From positions 4,774,001-4,838,000 of the forward strand of contig OX597837.1 in the NCBI GenBank assembly GCA_951406725.2: a stretch of DNA of 64,000 nt, in the 5' to 3' direction. The translations under genes were made by a program, and so were the position numbers. Source of the stretch: Octopus vulgaris. Its lineage: Eukaryota. Under the pieces are notes generated by a model. The model did not search any database and was not told the DNA's origin. It worked only from the letters and a program-made list of their open reading frames with translations. Positions within the stretch are counted from its first letter, which is position 1; each line of letters opens with the position of its first letter. Below are positions 14,325 through 27,280 of the stretch, piece after piece.

Positions 14325-14905
14325 TAGTTGGAACTTATAGAAAAACAGAAGGCGAAGACAGGTGTATGAACAACAAGCAGGTGTATGAGTTTGACACACG
14401 GGAAAATGAAAAGGTCTTTTACATTTCGAGCCTATGCTCTTCAACAGAAAGGAATAAGAAAAAATAGACAGAGAGAGAAAGAGAGAGAGAATGAAAAAAA
14501 TTGTAGATTTATAGGTCAAACATCGTGAATGATTAGAAAAAAGTTTGAAAGAAAGGGAGACAATAAAGTGCTGTTGATCCCAAATGAAGGGTCGCGTACG
14601 TGTATGTATATGTGAGAATGGGGTGTGGATCTCTAAATGTGTGCTTGTGTGAATAGGAGCTAGTGACTCTGACGTGTGTGAGTGTGTGCATGTGTGTATG
14701 CGTCTGCAACGTGTGGTGACGCGATTGAAGGTATGTGTTTGGGTGTGTGGATGATGGTGTATGGTGTGGGTGTTGAGAAGTGGTCAGTTCTAGTGTGTGT
14801 GTGGAGTAGCGTGGGGTGGTGGGGTGGGGTGTAGTAGTGTAGTAGTGTGGGATGTGGTGGTGTGGTGTGGTAGAGTTCCTCATTGAATGATTTAGTGGAA
14901 CAAAT
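14325..14905 (-). mobile_element. Non-autonomous HHR element, family H1 (CA-rich body; hammerhead 14416-14451)
   Basis: cttt-CTGTTGA-a-GAGC-atag-GCTC-GAAAT-GTA-aaag. Related to 19445-19633, 34726-34834 and 49801-50010. Confidence 0.7.
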
Positions 14906-14920
14906 CGATCCGCTCTCTCT

Positions 14921-14960
<40 letters not shown>

Positions 14961-15376
14961 ATCTATCTTTCACTAATTCTAATAGTTATCACTCCTTTCA
15001 AAAGCTGCTAGCCATATGCTTAAATAATTCGTGAACTGGAAAGAGAAGTGAAATATGTTTACTCACGCACGTGGCAGATGTATGCGAGAAAAATAGCATA
15101 GCTGCGACCAAATAACAAATCCTCAGAGAATAGCAACATTAAAATAGTTACAGTTGCACTTGATTTGGTGTAGTAGCTGCATGAATAATGGAGTGGGGAG
15201 CACATAAAATTTCTAGAGATCAGAAGCACTTGGATATCTTCTGTCAATAACAGTGCTACTTTGGCACCGCTAAAGACTTCAAAACTGTAGGAAGATATCG
15301 AAATCGTCTCGATTTCCAAAGTGTTTATTCCGCTGTGCAAGTCGCGTATAATATAAAGAATAAAGTTGCAAAGCAT

Positions 15377-15818
15377 TTAGAGTGGAATAAAAACCTACAG
15401 AATTGGTCTTTAGAGCAGTGGAAGAATGTTATTTTTTCTAACGAGTCATACTTTACCTTATTTCCCATCACCGGCTGAGTATACGTGTGGAGACAGCCAA
15501 AAGAAGCATTTGACCTAGACTGCCTTCTCCCAACTGTTAAACATGGAGGAGGATCTGTGATGATCTGGGGGGTGGGGGCTATATCTTGGAAATCCGCTGG
15601 TCCGATGGTTTCCCTTCATGGCAGAATTAACAGTGAAGACTATTTAAGCATTTTATTTGATCTAATTCATCCTATGGTTGCAGAACGGATTGCTAATGAA
15701 ATAATATTGAGATCTGGGGACTGTGGTGGCCAGTTAAGATGTTCAGCTTCACTAGAATGTTCCTCGTACCATTCAGTAACAACTTTAACTCTGCGAATTA
15801 GTGTATTATCATCCTGAA
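15377..15818 (+). pseudogene. Tc1-like transposase fragment with an internally inverted segment
   Basis: Plus strand WKNVIFSNES...PTVKHGGGSVMIWG; minus strand (about 15690-15818) QDDN...WPPQSPDLNII. Confidence 0.85.
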
Positions 15819-16599
15819 GGAGTGAGTTGCGGAACGGATATGGCAAATAATACTGGATTTCATTAGCAATGCATAACAAATAAAATATGTATGATAAAGT
15901 TTAGGTTAACTTAGGTTAACTTGGATTGGTTTTCGTTCAAAACCAGTTAAAATTTATTACAGTAATTTATGAATACAAATGTGTTTAATAATTGATATAA
16001 AGCAGGTTAAATAACTGATATTACATACATAGTGTTTGGAATTTTAACCTGCAAGTGATGAAGTGGATTTTTGAAGATACCTATTGTCACCTGCAAATAT
16101 TCTTCTTGGACAATATCTCTGATTAACTAAATAATTGTAAATTTAAATAGCTAAAGACAGATCTTTACAATTTATAATAATTCAGGGAATTTATTCTGTC
16201 AAGAAATTTCTAATTGCATTTCCATTCGTAGTCAGGAATAGAAATCATTTACGATCGTCCTTTTACATATTATGTGACTTGTTGATAATAGCTTCATGCA
16301 ATGGCCTTCTCTTAACATCTCGTCATCGCGCCTTCTTGATTTTACTTGTTCAAAAATCTCCATTCCATTGTGGCATCTCAGGGGACAAAAAGCGTTAAAT
16401 GAAGTCATGATACAATAAGCGTTATGTGAAGTCGTGATACGATATATGAAATGAGGATTTGATTGCGTTAATTGAAATCACGATACGATAACAGTTCAAT
16501 AAAATTACGAAACAAAATATCTCTAGCAAGAATGCAATCTTTTAATGTTAGTTACAAGTTGCTCTCATATTACCTGCTTAAGAGAATTGAATTCTTTAC

Positions 16600-16935
16600 G
16601 CACCACATGGTTCCGGGTTCAGTCCCACTGCGTGGCACCTTCTGCAAGTGTCTTCTACTATAAACTCGGGCCGACCAAAACCTTGTGAGTGGATTTGGTA
16701 GACGGAAACTAAAAGAAGCTCGTCGTATATATAAAATGTGACCGCGTGTGTACCATTGGCAATTTTTTCCTCTGTCTTCCCTTCTCTGGATCTTTCCTTC
16801 TGCTATGTTTCCGACGAAGAGCTCCGCTCGAAACGTTAAACCCTCCTTCTTTCCTGAGCGTCCAATAATACTATATTTGTTCCACGTCCTCGCGTTGTTG
16901 TGTTTTTTTTTGTGTTTTCTTGTTTGGATTAACTG

Positions 16936-17014
<79 letters not shown>

Positions 17015-17142
17015 GTGTATGTTTGTGTGTTTGTGTTTGTCCCCCAACGTCGCTTGACAGCCGATACTGGTGTGTTTACGTCCCCGTAACTTAGCGGTTC
17101 GGCAAAAAGAGACTGATAGAATAAGTACTAGGCTTACAAAGA
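16600..17142 (+). mobile_element. SINE family A interrupted by an HHR element in its internal (TA)n
   Basis: Head 16600-16726, insert 16733-16935, (TG)n, then tail from about 17030. Confidence 0.85.
16733..16935 (+). mobile_element. Non-autonomous HHR element, family H2 (hammerhead 16807-16841)
   Basis: gttt-CCGACGA-a-GAGC-tcc-GCTC-GAAAC-GTT-aaac. Homologous to 46232-46440 (minus). Confidence 0.75.
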
Positions 17143-17919
17143 ATTCTAGTTTTCCCTTTCGCGTTCGCTGTAATTGAGCCCTCCATATCAGGTTAACTTC
17201 TAATATTCGTTTCCTAAAGGATTATCCTTCTTACGGATTACTTTCCATAATCCATATCATATCTCCGATATAGTAAAACGTGATGACCTTTCTGGACAGC
17301 TACTAATGGCGAAGTTAATATTTAGAGTGTTTATGCAGCAAACTATATAAATATGTGTGTGTGTATTTGAGTGTGTGTGTGCGTTTCTGTGTTTGTATGT
17401 GTATGTGTGTGTATTTATATATTCATAATCTGAAGTGATCCTTTGCGTGGGTAACGCTGTAGAAAAACAACTGCATATGTGCATATGTGCATGTATGTGA
17501 GTATGTGTGTGTGTGTGTGTATCAATCTGTGTGTTTGCGTGTGCGTGCGCATTCCCATCGATATATATTGTATGTATGCCTTATATTCTCTGGCGGTAAC
17601 AACATCCAAGCTTTTCCTTTCGCTGTAATGTGTGTGACCTTGTGTGCATGTATGTAAAGTATGTATGTATGTGCGTACGAATGTATATATGCGTCTGAGT
17701 ACTGACGTATATATGCACGCATTCACACACACACTCACGAGCACACAGACACACACACTCACACTCAAATACACATACTTGCATACTCACAAACGCATAT
17801 ATACATATATATAAACATATATATATATACATACATACATATATATATATACACACATACATATATATATACACATACATATATATATACATACACACAT
17901 ATATATATATATATATATA

Positions 17920-17987
<68 letters not shown>

Positions 17988-17990
17988 CAT

Positions 17991-18160
17991 ACGACGGGCT
18001 TCTTTCAGTTTCCGTCTACCAAATCCACTCACAAGGCTTTGGTCGACCCGAGGCTATAGTAGAAGATAGTTGCCCAAGGTGCTGTCACGCAGTGGGACTG
18101 AACCCGGAACCATGTGGTTGGTAAGCAAGCTACTTTACCACACAGCCACTCCTACGCCTA
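17991..18160 (-). mobile_element. SINE family A head followed by an expanded microsatellite
   Basis: Reverse complement of 544-705. Confidence 0.85.
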
Positions 18161-18756
18161 AATATGCAGGAAGATTGTGTAAGTCGCAATAGATACAAAA
18201 TGTCAGTAGGCAAAGCCTTGAAAATAAATGAAACACAAAGGACTACAACAATTGTTACATGATGTTGGTGTTTCATGAATATACAAGATGCTTGTGATAC
18301 TATGTATATATTAAAACTTTCAAAGTTAGTAAAATGAAGAGCCTAGCTCAGAAACATGTATAATACGCTGTTGCCATAGACTTAGGCTAATCAGCGAGTA
18401 ACTCATTAATTATGATAGTCTTATTGAAAACTTCAGTTTAAATTAATCCTTTCAAGTTAAAAGATGGCAACGAAATGTTTTACTTTATAACAGTAATGGA
18501 AGCTGAATTTTAGCTTTTGCTCAAATGAGTGTATGTTTTGTTTACCGATTTCTATATCGGAAAAATGCATATTCTGTTCAGCTCAGAACGTCTGGTGTGG
18601 TCGACACTGAGGAGACCAAATCAAGTCGAAACTTTGCATCTGGCAATCTCACGGCATTCTTAACGAAGCCCTATATTTTTAACACACACATTTAATGGAA
18701 ATGTTTCTCTGGGTGCGTTTCTATATATGTATCCACATTATATATACACACTGGTT

Positions 18757-19339
<583 letters not shown>

Positions 19340-19444
19340 GAGTAGGAAGGTAGGTAAGTAGGTAGGTAGGTAGGTAGGTAGGTAGGTAGGTAGGTAGGTA
19401 GGTAGGTAGGTAGGTAGGTAGGTAGGTAGATAGGAAGATAGGTA

Positions 19445-19633
19445 GGAGAGTTTACGAAAAAAACAAAGGACGAAGACAGGTGGTGTACAAAACAAACAGA
19501 TGTATTAGTATAACGCTCAGGAATAGAAAAAGTCTTTTGCGTTTCGATCCTATGCTCTTCTACAGAAAGGGACACAGAAAAAACAAGGAGAGAAACAAGG
19601 AGAGAAAAAAGGAGAGAAAAAAGAGAGAAAAAA
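19445..19633 (-). mobile_element. HHR element family H1 (degenerate hammerhead 19534-19569) inside a (GGTA)n array
   Basis: cttt-CTGTAGA-a-GAGCATAGGATC-GAAAC-GCA-aaag. The 3' part is nearly identical to 34726-34834. Confidence 0.7.
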
Positions 19634-19675
19634 GGTAGGTAGGTAGGTAGGTAGCTAGCTAGCTAGCTAACAAGC

Positions 19676-19754
<79 letters not shown>

Positions 19755-20372
19755 GTGAAACATGCTTTCATTCATGGATTTGACATTTTCTGGAAAACAA
19801 ATAAACAGCCTAGGAAAATGATCCTCCACAGTGTTTTGTAGCAAAAAATTTAGAAATATAGTTTTTTCTTCTTTTTTTATTAAATAATCACCTGCCAAAA
19901 GGAAGGTTTTTACCATTATCATGAAAATAGAAAACAGAAACATATACTCTTAACTTATAACGGAAGATCAAGATATATATAAATAATGTATGTACGAAAC
20001 AATGAAGATATATGTTTTTGTAAGAACAGGGTTGTTTATAGATCTTAATATTGGAAAGAAAACGGTCTATGGGAATGTAAATAAAAGGCAAGAGTTTATG
20101 ATGAAGTTATTTGCGATGCAACGAGAATGGAGGAAGCAGCAGATCAAAAATATGTCAAAAAAACGTGGTTTGTTTTCAGCAGACGACGTCGAAAATTTTT
20201 GCAGACGATGAAATGCCGCTGAATTCTAGGGTAAAGTTCAGGAAGGAGGAAAAAGGGAATGTTGTGGTGTTTACTGTAGCTTCCGGCATTTTTTTTTTTA
20301 CATAAATTGTGGTGACGCCAGCGTTTATACAGACCGGTAAGTGACCTACCTGCCTTTGTGTGTGCGTGTATT

Positions 20373-20411
<39 letters not shown>

Positions 20412-20464
20412 ACTGTATGTGTAGATAGGTGGAAAGCTACATACAGATATATGCATGTATAAAT

Positions 20465-20498
<34 letters not shown>

Positions 20499-20629
20499 TA
20501 CTGAGTCTTGGGACGGTCATTACGCCAATAATAATCATAAACACATGCACGGGTTCAATATCACTTCTTCGTCGTTAGCCAATTGGTTAAATGCCTAACC
20601 ATTAACCATTAATCAATCGTTTATTCAAT

Positions 20630-21520
20630 GTGCAGGCGTGCTAACGATCCTGCCAGCTTGCCGCCTTTAATAATCTTTTCTACTCTAGGCACAAGGCGCG
20701 AAATTTTGGGGGAGGGGGCCAGTCGATTAGATCGACCTCAGTACTCAACTGGTACTGAATTTATCGGCCCCGAAAGGATGAAAGGAAAAGTTAACCTCGG
20801 CTGAATTTGAACTCAGAACATAACGACCTGCAAAATACCGCTAAGCATTTCGTCCAGCGTGTTAACGACTCTGCCGGCACGCCGCCGTAAAATATTCTTT
20901 TCTACTCTAGGCACAAGGCCCAAATTTTTTTTGTGGGAGGAGGAAGGGACTAGTCGATTAGATCGACCTCCAATATGCAAGTGGTACTTAATTTATTGAC
21001 CCCGAAAGGGTGAAAGGCAAAGTCGACCTCGGCGGAATATGAACTCAGAACGTAGTAACCGAGCGAAATACCTATTTCTTTACTACCCACAAGGGGCTAA
21101 ACACAGAGAGGACAAACAAGGACAGACAAACGGATTAAATCGATTATATCGACCCCAGTGCGTAACTGGTACTTATTTAATCGACCCCGAAAGGATGAAA
21201 GGCAAAGTCGACCTCGGCGGAATTTGAACTCAGAACTGCGAAATACCGCTAAGCATTTCGTCCAGCGTGCTAACGACTCTGCCGGCACGCCGCCGTAAAA
21301 TATTCTTTTCTACTCTACGCACAAGGCCCGAAATTTTTGGTGGGGAGGGTGCCATTCGATTAGATCGACCCAGTACGCAACTGGTACTTATTTCATCAAC
21401 CCCGAAAGGATGAAAGGCAAAGTCGACCTCGGCAGAATTTGAACTCAGAACATAAAGTCAGACGAAATGCTGTTTCAGCATTTTGCCCGACGTGCTAACC
21501 ATTCTGCCTGCTTTCCGCCT
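20630..21520 (-). mobile_element. Head-to-tail cluster of 4-5 SINE family B units
   Basis: Repeated GAAAGGATGAAAGGCAAAGTCGACCTCGGCGGAATTTGAACTCAGAAC; two alternative tails. Confidence 0.85.
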
Positions 21521-22211
21521 TTGACATATATTTAATATTAAGAATCCTTTCTATTCCTTGCCAATATATATTTTTTATACAATTACGTACAATTTCTCCG
21601 AAATTTGGAACTATTTTTATATTAGTGAATATATTACCAAAATTCTACACAAAGAAATATTACCACAACATTGTAGATTATATCTATTTATATTCATACT
21701 GATACACACAAATCTTAATATGAATATATATATGTGTATTTATGCCATTGTATGATCGGGCCTGCGTGTGTGTGTGTGTGTGTGATATCATAGAGGCTTT
21801 TCAACAGCCAATCATATTGCTTGTCGTTTTGCAATTCCGTTTCTATAACTGTTCTAATCAAGACCGTCTGTTGTTGCATTTTGATCTTGCGCGTTGTTAT
21901 TTCCTTCAAACGTTTTCAAAAGAATTCGATGCAATTACCCTGAAGCTACCTGCATCTGTGTACTGCGTATGAATACACACACGCACACACACACACTAAC
22001 ACACACACACACACCTATACACTCACGTACATAGATATATACATACATATAGAGATAGACGGATAGATACAATCATACACACACGTGTGTGTGAATGCAC
22101 GCGTGTATATGTGTATGTATATATATATATATGTGTGTGTATATGTGTGTATGATTGTATCTATGCATCTATATTTCTATTTATATCTATATATATATCT
22201 GTTTATCTATG

Positions 22212-22266
<55 letters not shown>

Positions 22267-22272
22267 GAATTT

Positions 22273-22326
<54 letters not shown>

Positions 22327-22344
22327 GTGTGCGTGTGTGTGTGT

Positions 22345-22628
22345 CGAGGCACAATGGTCCAGTGGGACAGCGGACCCGCGGTGGTAGGATCACGGTTTCG
22401 ATTCCCAGATCGGGCGTTGTGAGTGTTTATTGAGCGAAAACATCTAAACCTCCACGAAGCTCCGGCAGGCGGGGTGCGATCCCTGCTGTACTCTTTCCCC
22501 ACAACTTTCTCTCACTCTTTCTTCTGTTGGCCTGCTCGCTTAGCCAGCGGGGTGGCGTTATTTGAAGGCTAAAACAATGCGAAGCGCAGTGTGTAGCAAC
22601 ATCTGATAGCGTGGTCGGTTACGGTGAT

Positions 22629-22637
<9 letters not shown>
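22345..22637 (+). mobile_element. tRNA-derived SINE family C' (ends in (TA)n)
   Basis: Head GGCACAATGGTCCAGTGG...GGTTTCGATTCC. Shares head and body with 23171-23558 but has a different tail. Second copy at 33655-33960 (minus). Confidence 0.85.
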
Positions 22638-22677
<40 letters not shown>

Positions 22678-22682
<5 letters not shown>

Positions 22683-23100
22683 AGCAGGTTGCAATGTTGC
22701 ACCAAAGAGGAAAATAATTCGAACTAAATGTGACCAGGGTGTTAGAAAACACCTACATTGCTAGAAATACGGGCTAAAATGCTCTAATGCTGTAGTTAAC
22801 GCACATGAATGTAAAGTGCCGATCGAGAATTCTTAATACTGACGTCAGTTTCGGCTATTTCTGCTGCCTCATCAGTAAGCCCTTTCGATCTCGACATTCT
22901 TTGGCTTGCTTCTCTATTAGTATGTAAGTTTTCGTCGTCCAGATTAATGGATGATTTAGCGATTCGCTAATGTGTATACATAAAATTACTATAAACAGCA
23001 GGTTACAATGTTTCACCAAAAAGGTGAATTTTAATTGTTACTAAATGTGACTAGTGTGTTAAAAAACACATTCATTGCTAGAAACACGAGCCAAAATGCC
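22678..23100 (-). mobile_element. About 310-bp unit with partial tandem duplication and hammerhead (22832-22879)
   Basis: 22678-22785 is repeated at 22991-23100. Motif: ctta-CTGATGA-GGC...GCC-GAAA-CTGACGTCAG-TA-t-taag. Confidence 0.7.
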
Positions 23101-23170
23101 TCTGTGTGTGTGAGTGTATTTGCGCGCCGGGGTGTGTGTACATTTGTGCGTGTATGTACTACGTGTAAGT

Positions 23171-23558
23171 GGAGGCGCAATGGCCCAGTGGTTAGGGCAG
23201 CGGACTCGCGGTCATAGGATCGCGGTTTCGATTCCCAGACCGGGCGTTGTGAGTGTTTATTGAGCGAAAACACCTAAAGCTCCACGAGGCTCCGGCATGG
23301 GGATGGTGGTGATCCCTGCTGTACTCTTTCACCACAACTTTCTCTCACTCTTACTTCCTGTTTCTGTTGTACCTGTATTTCAAAGGGCCGGCCTTGTCAC
23401 TCTCTGTGTCACGCTGTATATCCCCGAGAACTACGTTAAGGGTACACGTGTCTGTGGAGTGCTCAGCCACTTACACGTTAATTTCACGAGCAGGCTGTTC
23501 CGTTGATTCGGATCAACCGGAACCCTCGTCGTCGTAACCGACGGAGTGCTTCCACTCC
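23171..23558 (+). mobile_element. tRNA-derived SINE family C, full length with 13-bp TSD
   Basis: A box TGGCCCAGTGG, B box GGTTTCGATTCC, anticodon-like TCG. Perfect TSD ACTACGTGTAAGT at 23158-23170 and 23559-23571. Second copy at 43698-44055. Confidence 0.9.
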
Positions 23559-23668
23559 ACTACGTGTAAGTTTGTGTGTGTATCCGTGAATGAACATGTA
23601 TTTATATACAAGTATGTGTATCTAATATATGCACTTCTGAACGTATCTATATAATTGGACATGTGTAC

Positions 23669-23700
<32 letters not shown>

Positions 23701-23881
23701 GTTTGAACCTCTTCTCTTAATCTTGATGATTCCAGAAGCAGTTTTGCTGTTTTCTAGATGTAACATCTTACAAGTAAACTTTGAAATATAAAACGACGCA
23801 CTCTGCCTTCAAAGCCGTTGAGTACATTCTTTGATTTGCTGATGTTTAACTTTATTGTTTCTGCAACCGCTGCTACTGCTG

Positions 23882-23924
<43 letters not shown>

Positions 23925-23980
23925 CACCACCACCACCAGTAGTAGTAGTAGTAGTAATAATAATAATGATAATAATAATG

Positions 23981-24019
<39 letters not shown>

Positions 24020-24103
24020 GCCATACACACACACAAATATACCAATATACAGTATAAATACTATTAATAATCACTTCCTCATATATGTGTGTGTGCGTGT
24101 GCA

Positions 24104-24160
<57 letters not shown>

Positions 24161-24164
<4 letters not shown>

Positions 24165-24481
24165 AAAATGGGACAAGAACGCAAAACATCCGGACAACTA
24201 GGTGATACAAAAAGGTACAACAAATCATCCAGATAGACGATACAAAAAAAACAAGGAGCCTTTTATCTTCAGTCAAGAACCGGATCATCCTCGCAATTTC
24301 CGCTGTTTAGTCTTGAGATTACTCGAATCTGGCCAGCCCCAAGGAAAAACTAAGCTAAGAGCATTAGATTCTTTGGAAGAAAGCATCGAATGTATACGAA
24401 AACAAGGACGGAAAAACAGACAATGTTACACGAATATAAATACAAAAATACAATAAAAATGACAATAAAAATAATAATAAC

Positions 24482-24487
<6 letters not shown>
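24161..24487 (-). mobile_element. TA-flanked element carrying a rearranged hammerhead (family P1)
   Basis: Lies between two (TA)n arrays; homologous to 53480-53628. Confidence 0.7.
24257..24322 (-). ncRNA. Putative non-circularly permuted hammerhead ribozyme
   Basis: GTAA-TC|TCAAGA-ctaaac-AGCg-GAAA-TTGC-linker-TCTTGA-CTGAAGA-taaaa-GGCT. Confidence 0.6.
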
Positions 24488-24542
<55 letters not shown>

Positions 24543-25085
24543 ATGCACGTATATATGTGTGTACTAATATATCTTCATATCTCTCTCTCTCTTTCTCTCT
24601 CTCTCTCTCATACGTTGCAAGCCTGGTCACTCTGTTTATGTCAAGGGTTTGTTCATTATCTGTGGCGGTCGTACCAGGGTCTTCGGTGACGCACTCTGTG
24701 ACGCTGTTCCCGGACTGGTTATTATCTCCGGGCGTGGCAATTGCATTGGCGTGAGATCTGGTTAATGTACTAATAATATTGCTCTTTGATGGTACGATGC
24801 TGTTCTTGCGGATAGCAAGTTTAGGTATTATCTATGACTCCTTCAGCCTCGCATCAGCCTCCTACTGAACTTTTATTATATACCCTGGAAGAGCAACCTA
24901 ACTCCTCCCTTGTATTGTGGCTACTTGTTAAAATGTTGTTTTTTTTTATATTAGATGCAAAATTAAAGGAGACTCTTAGGTGCTGTGTCTGTTAAATAAA
25001 TGCCTGTATTTATATGTGTGTGTGTGTGAAATGTTTGTCTATAAGTCTAAGGAAAATCTTTTCCACACAAGCCTTGACTCTGAGC

Positions 25086-25165
<80 letters not shown>

Positions 25166-25197
25166 TAGATACATACATACATACATACATACATACA

Positions 25198-25286
<89 letters not shown>

Positions 25287-25320
25287 GTTTATGTGAAACT
25301 ATGTCTGTGTATTTGTATGT

Positions 25321-25358
<38 letters not shown>

Positions 25359-26000
25359 ATGTGTATGTGCTACAAGAACTAATTAACTGAATAATAAAGA
25401 CCCATTGTTAAGACATTTTAACATTTATTTCTAAAAGGCAAGTGAGCTGAATCACTTAATATCAAGCAACAAACGAAAACCGTTATGAATGACAAAGATA
25501 AAAAACAAGGGGGACGACGGGGATAAGCAAGACATACAGACAGACAGACGCAGAGAGAGAAGGGGGGCGGAGACAGCGCGGGGAGGAGAGAGAGGGAAAA
25601 GAGAGAGAGACAGAGAGAAACTGGTAGCGAGGGACAACTTGGTAGAAGGAAATATGAAAGCCTTGCCGAGCGTTTGAAATAATGAACAAGAAAACGCCAT
25701 TACACGCAACGAAACCGTTTGTATTTTTATATACAAAATTCGAGATCAGTTTTGGTATTATATCTATTATAGAGTTTAGACAATGGAAGGGCAATATTTC
25801 GAATTCTTTCATTATCTATATCTTGTGTCCTGATCTTTTATTTTCATCAATGTTATAAGATATAACACGAACATTTCGAAAACCTCTAATAGGTTCTTCT
25901 GGTTGCAGATATTGTTTTGGTTCTTATAGCAAAATTTGTCTTTCCCTCCTAATTCACTTAATCGAAATGTGTGCGTGCGTGCGTGTAACTACCTGTATCA

Positions 26001-26055
<55 letters not shown>

Positions 26056-26144
26056 TGATAAATACATACACGTATGTCTACATACATGTGTATGGACGCA
26101 TGTATACATTTATACTTACATGCATATGTCTATATATATAAATA

Positions 26145-26202
<58 letters not shown>

Positions 26203-26292
26203 CACATATATATATAGATATATATATATAGATATAGATATATACGCACATAAATATATAGTCATATATGCGTGAGTGTACTAGTATACAAA

Positions 26293-26497
26293 AGAAACGT
26301 TAGCACGCCGGGAGAAATGCTTACCAGTATGTCGTCCGCCGCTACGTTCTGAGTTCAAATTCCGCCGAGGTCGACTTTGCCTTTCATCCTATAAAGGCGG
26401 TGAGCTGGCAGAAACATTAGCACGCCGGGCGAAGTGCTTCGAACTCGGAATCTTGGGGTTAGTAACCCGCGCTCTTAACCACTACGCCATATGTCCC
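26293..26497. mobile_element. SINE B fragments (+) fused to the tRNA head of family E (26439-26497, minus)
   Basis: Minus strand ATGGCGTAGTGGTTAAGAGCGCGGGTTACTAACCCCAAGATTCCGAGTTCGA overlaps the 8099-8125 sequence. Confidence 0.7.
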
Positions 26498-26524
26498 CCA
26501 ACAATTTTCCATACGAATGTGATA

Positions 26525-26572
<48 letters not shown>

Positions 26573-26787
26573 CAACAAAATTAGAGAATGGAGAAACATA
26601 CTTAAATCAATAAAACATCAACTATCCGATGATACTCAATCCATACTTTAATACACCATTACATAGGAGTAAAGGCAATATATAAAATGAAATGAGATAT
26701 ACAGTAATAGTAAAAGTAAAAGTAAAAGTAAAAAGATAAAGAGATATAAGTAAAAAATTACAAATACAATATGCAAATAAATCAAAA

Positions 26788-26895
26788 CTGACAGCTGTTT
26801 CGGCAGTGAGGACAGTCATACCTCATTTAACCTATAAGCCATAAAGGCAGGTATAAATGAGGCATTAACAAAGATGCCCCACGGCCTCTTCAGAG
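26788..26895 (-). ncRNA. Hammerhead motif with an 85-nt extended stem II
   Basis: ct-CTGAAGA-GGC-c-GTGGGG...[GCCTCATTTA/TAAATGAGGT hairpin]...CCTCAC-t-GCC-GAAAC-AGCT-GTC-ag. Confidence 0.7.
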
Positions 26896-27237
26896 AATTA
26901 AATTAAATTTGTTATAATAGTGAAAAATATTATATAATCATATACATATAAATATAAAAATATAAAAAAGTAAAATATAAAAACTTATACATCATAATGC
27001 TACACTTGTATAATATAATACATATTTGTACAAAAAGGAAGGTAACCAGAACAAAATAAAACAAAATATATAACAGTGTATATATAATATTAATAAGTAC
27101 CGATATCATACATATTTAGCTAATAGTTTTTTTTATAAAAAAAGGGGCTAACACATATGGAGATGAAAAATAATAATAATTAAATCCGTGGTACAGTTCA
27201 TAAAATTCTAAAGCTATAAAAGTTAATAAAAATTACT

Positions 27238-27280
<43 letters not shown>

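Noticed and set aside
18607-18640. CTGAGGA-GAC..GTC-GAAAC hammerhead-like core
   Set aside because: No convincing UH or stem I; at most a decayed copy, so it is not annotated.
19990-20305. Short ORFs in non-microsatellite sequence as possible host exons
   Set aside because: No recognisable domain or consistent splice context; cannot be supported without RNA data.
23171-23245. tRNA-like cloverleaves (also 26439-26497, 40165-40237, 44095-44165)
   Set aside because: Acceptor stems are incomplete and each continues into a SINE body, so they are SINE heads rather than tRNA genes.
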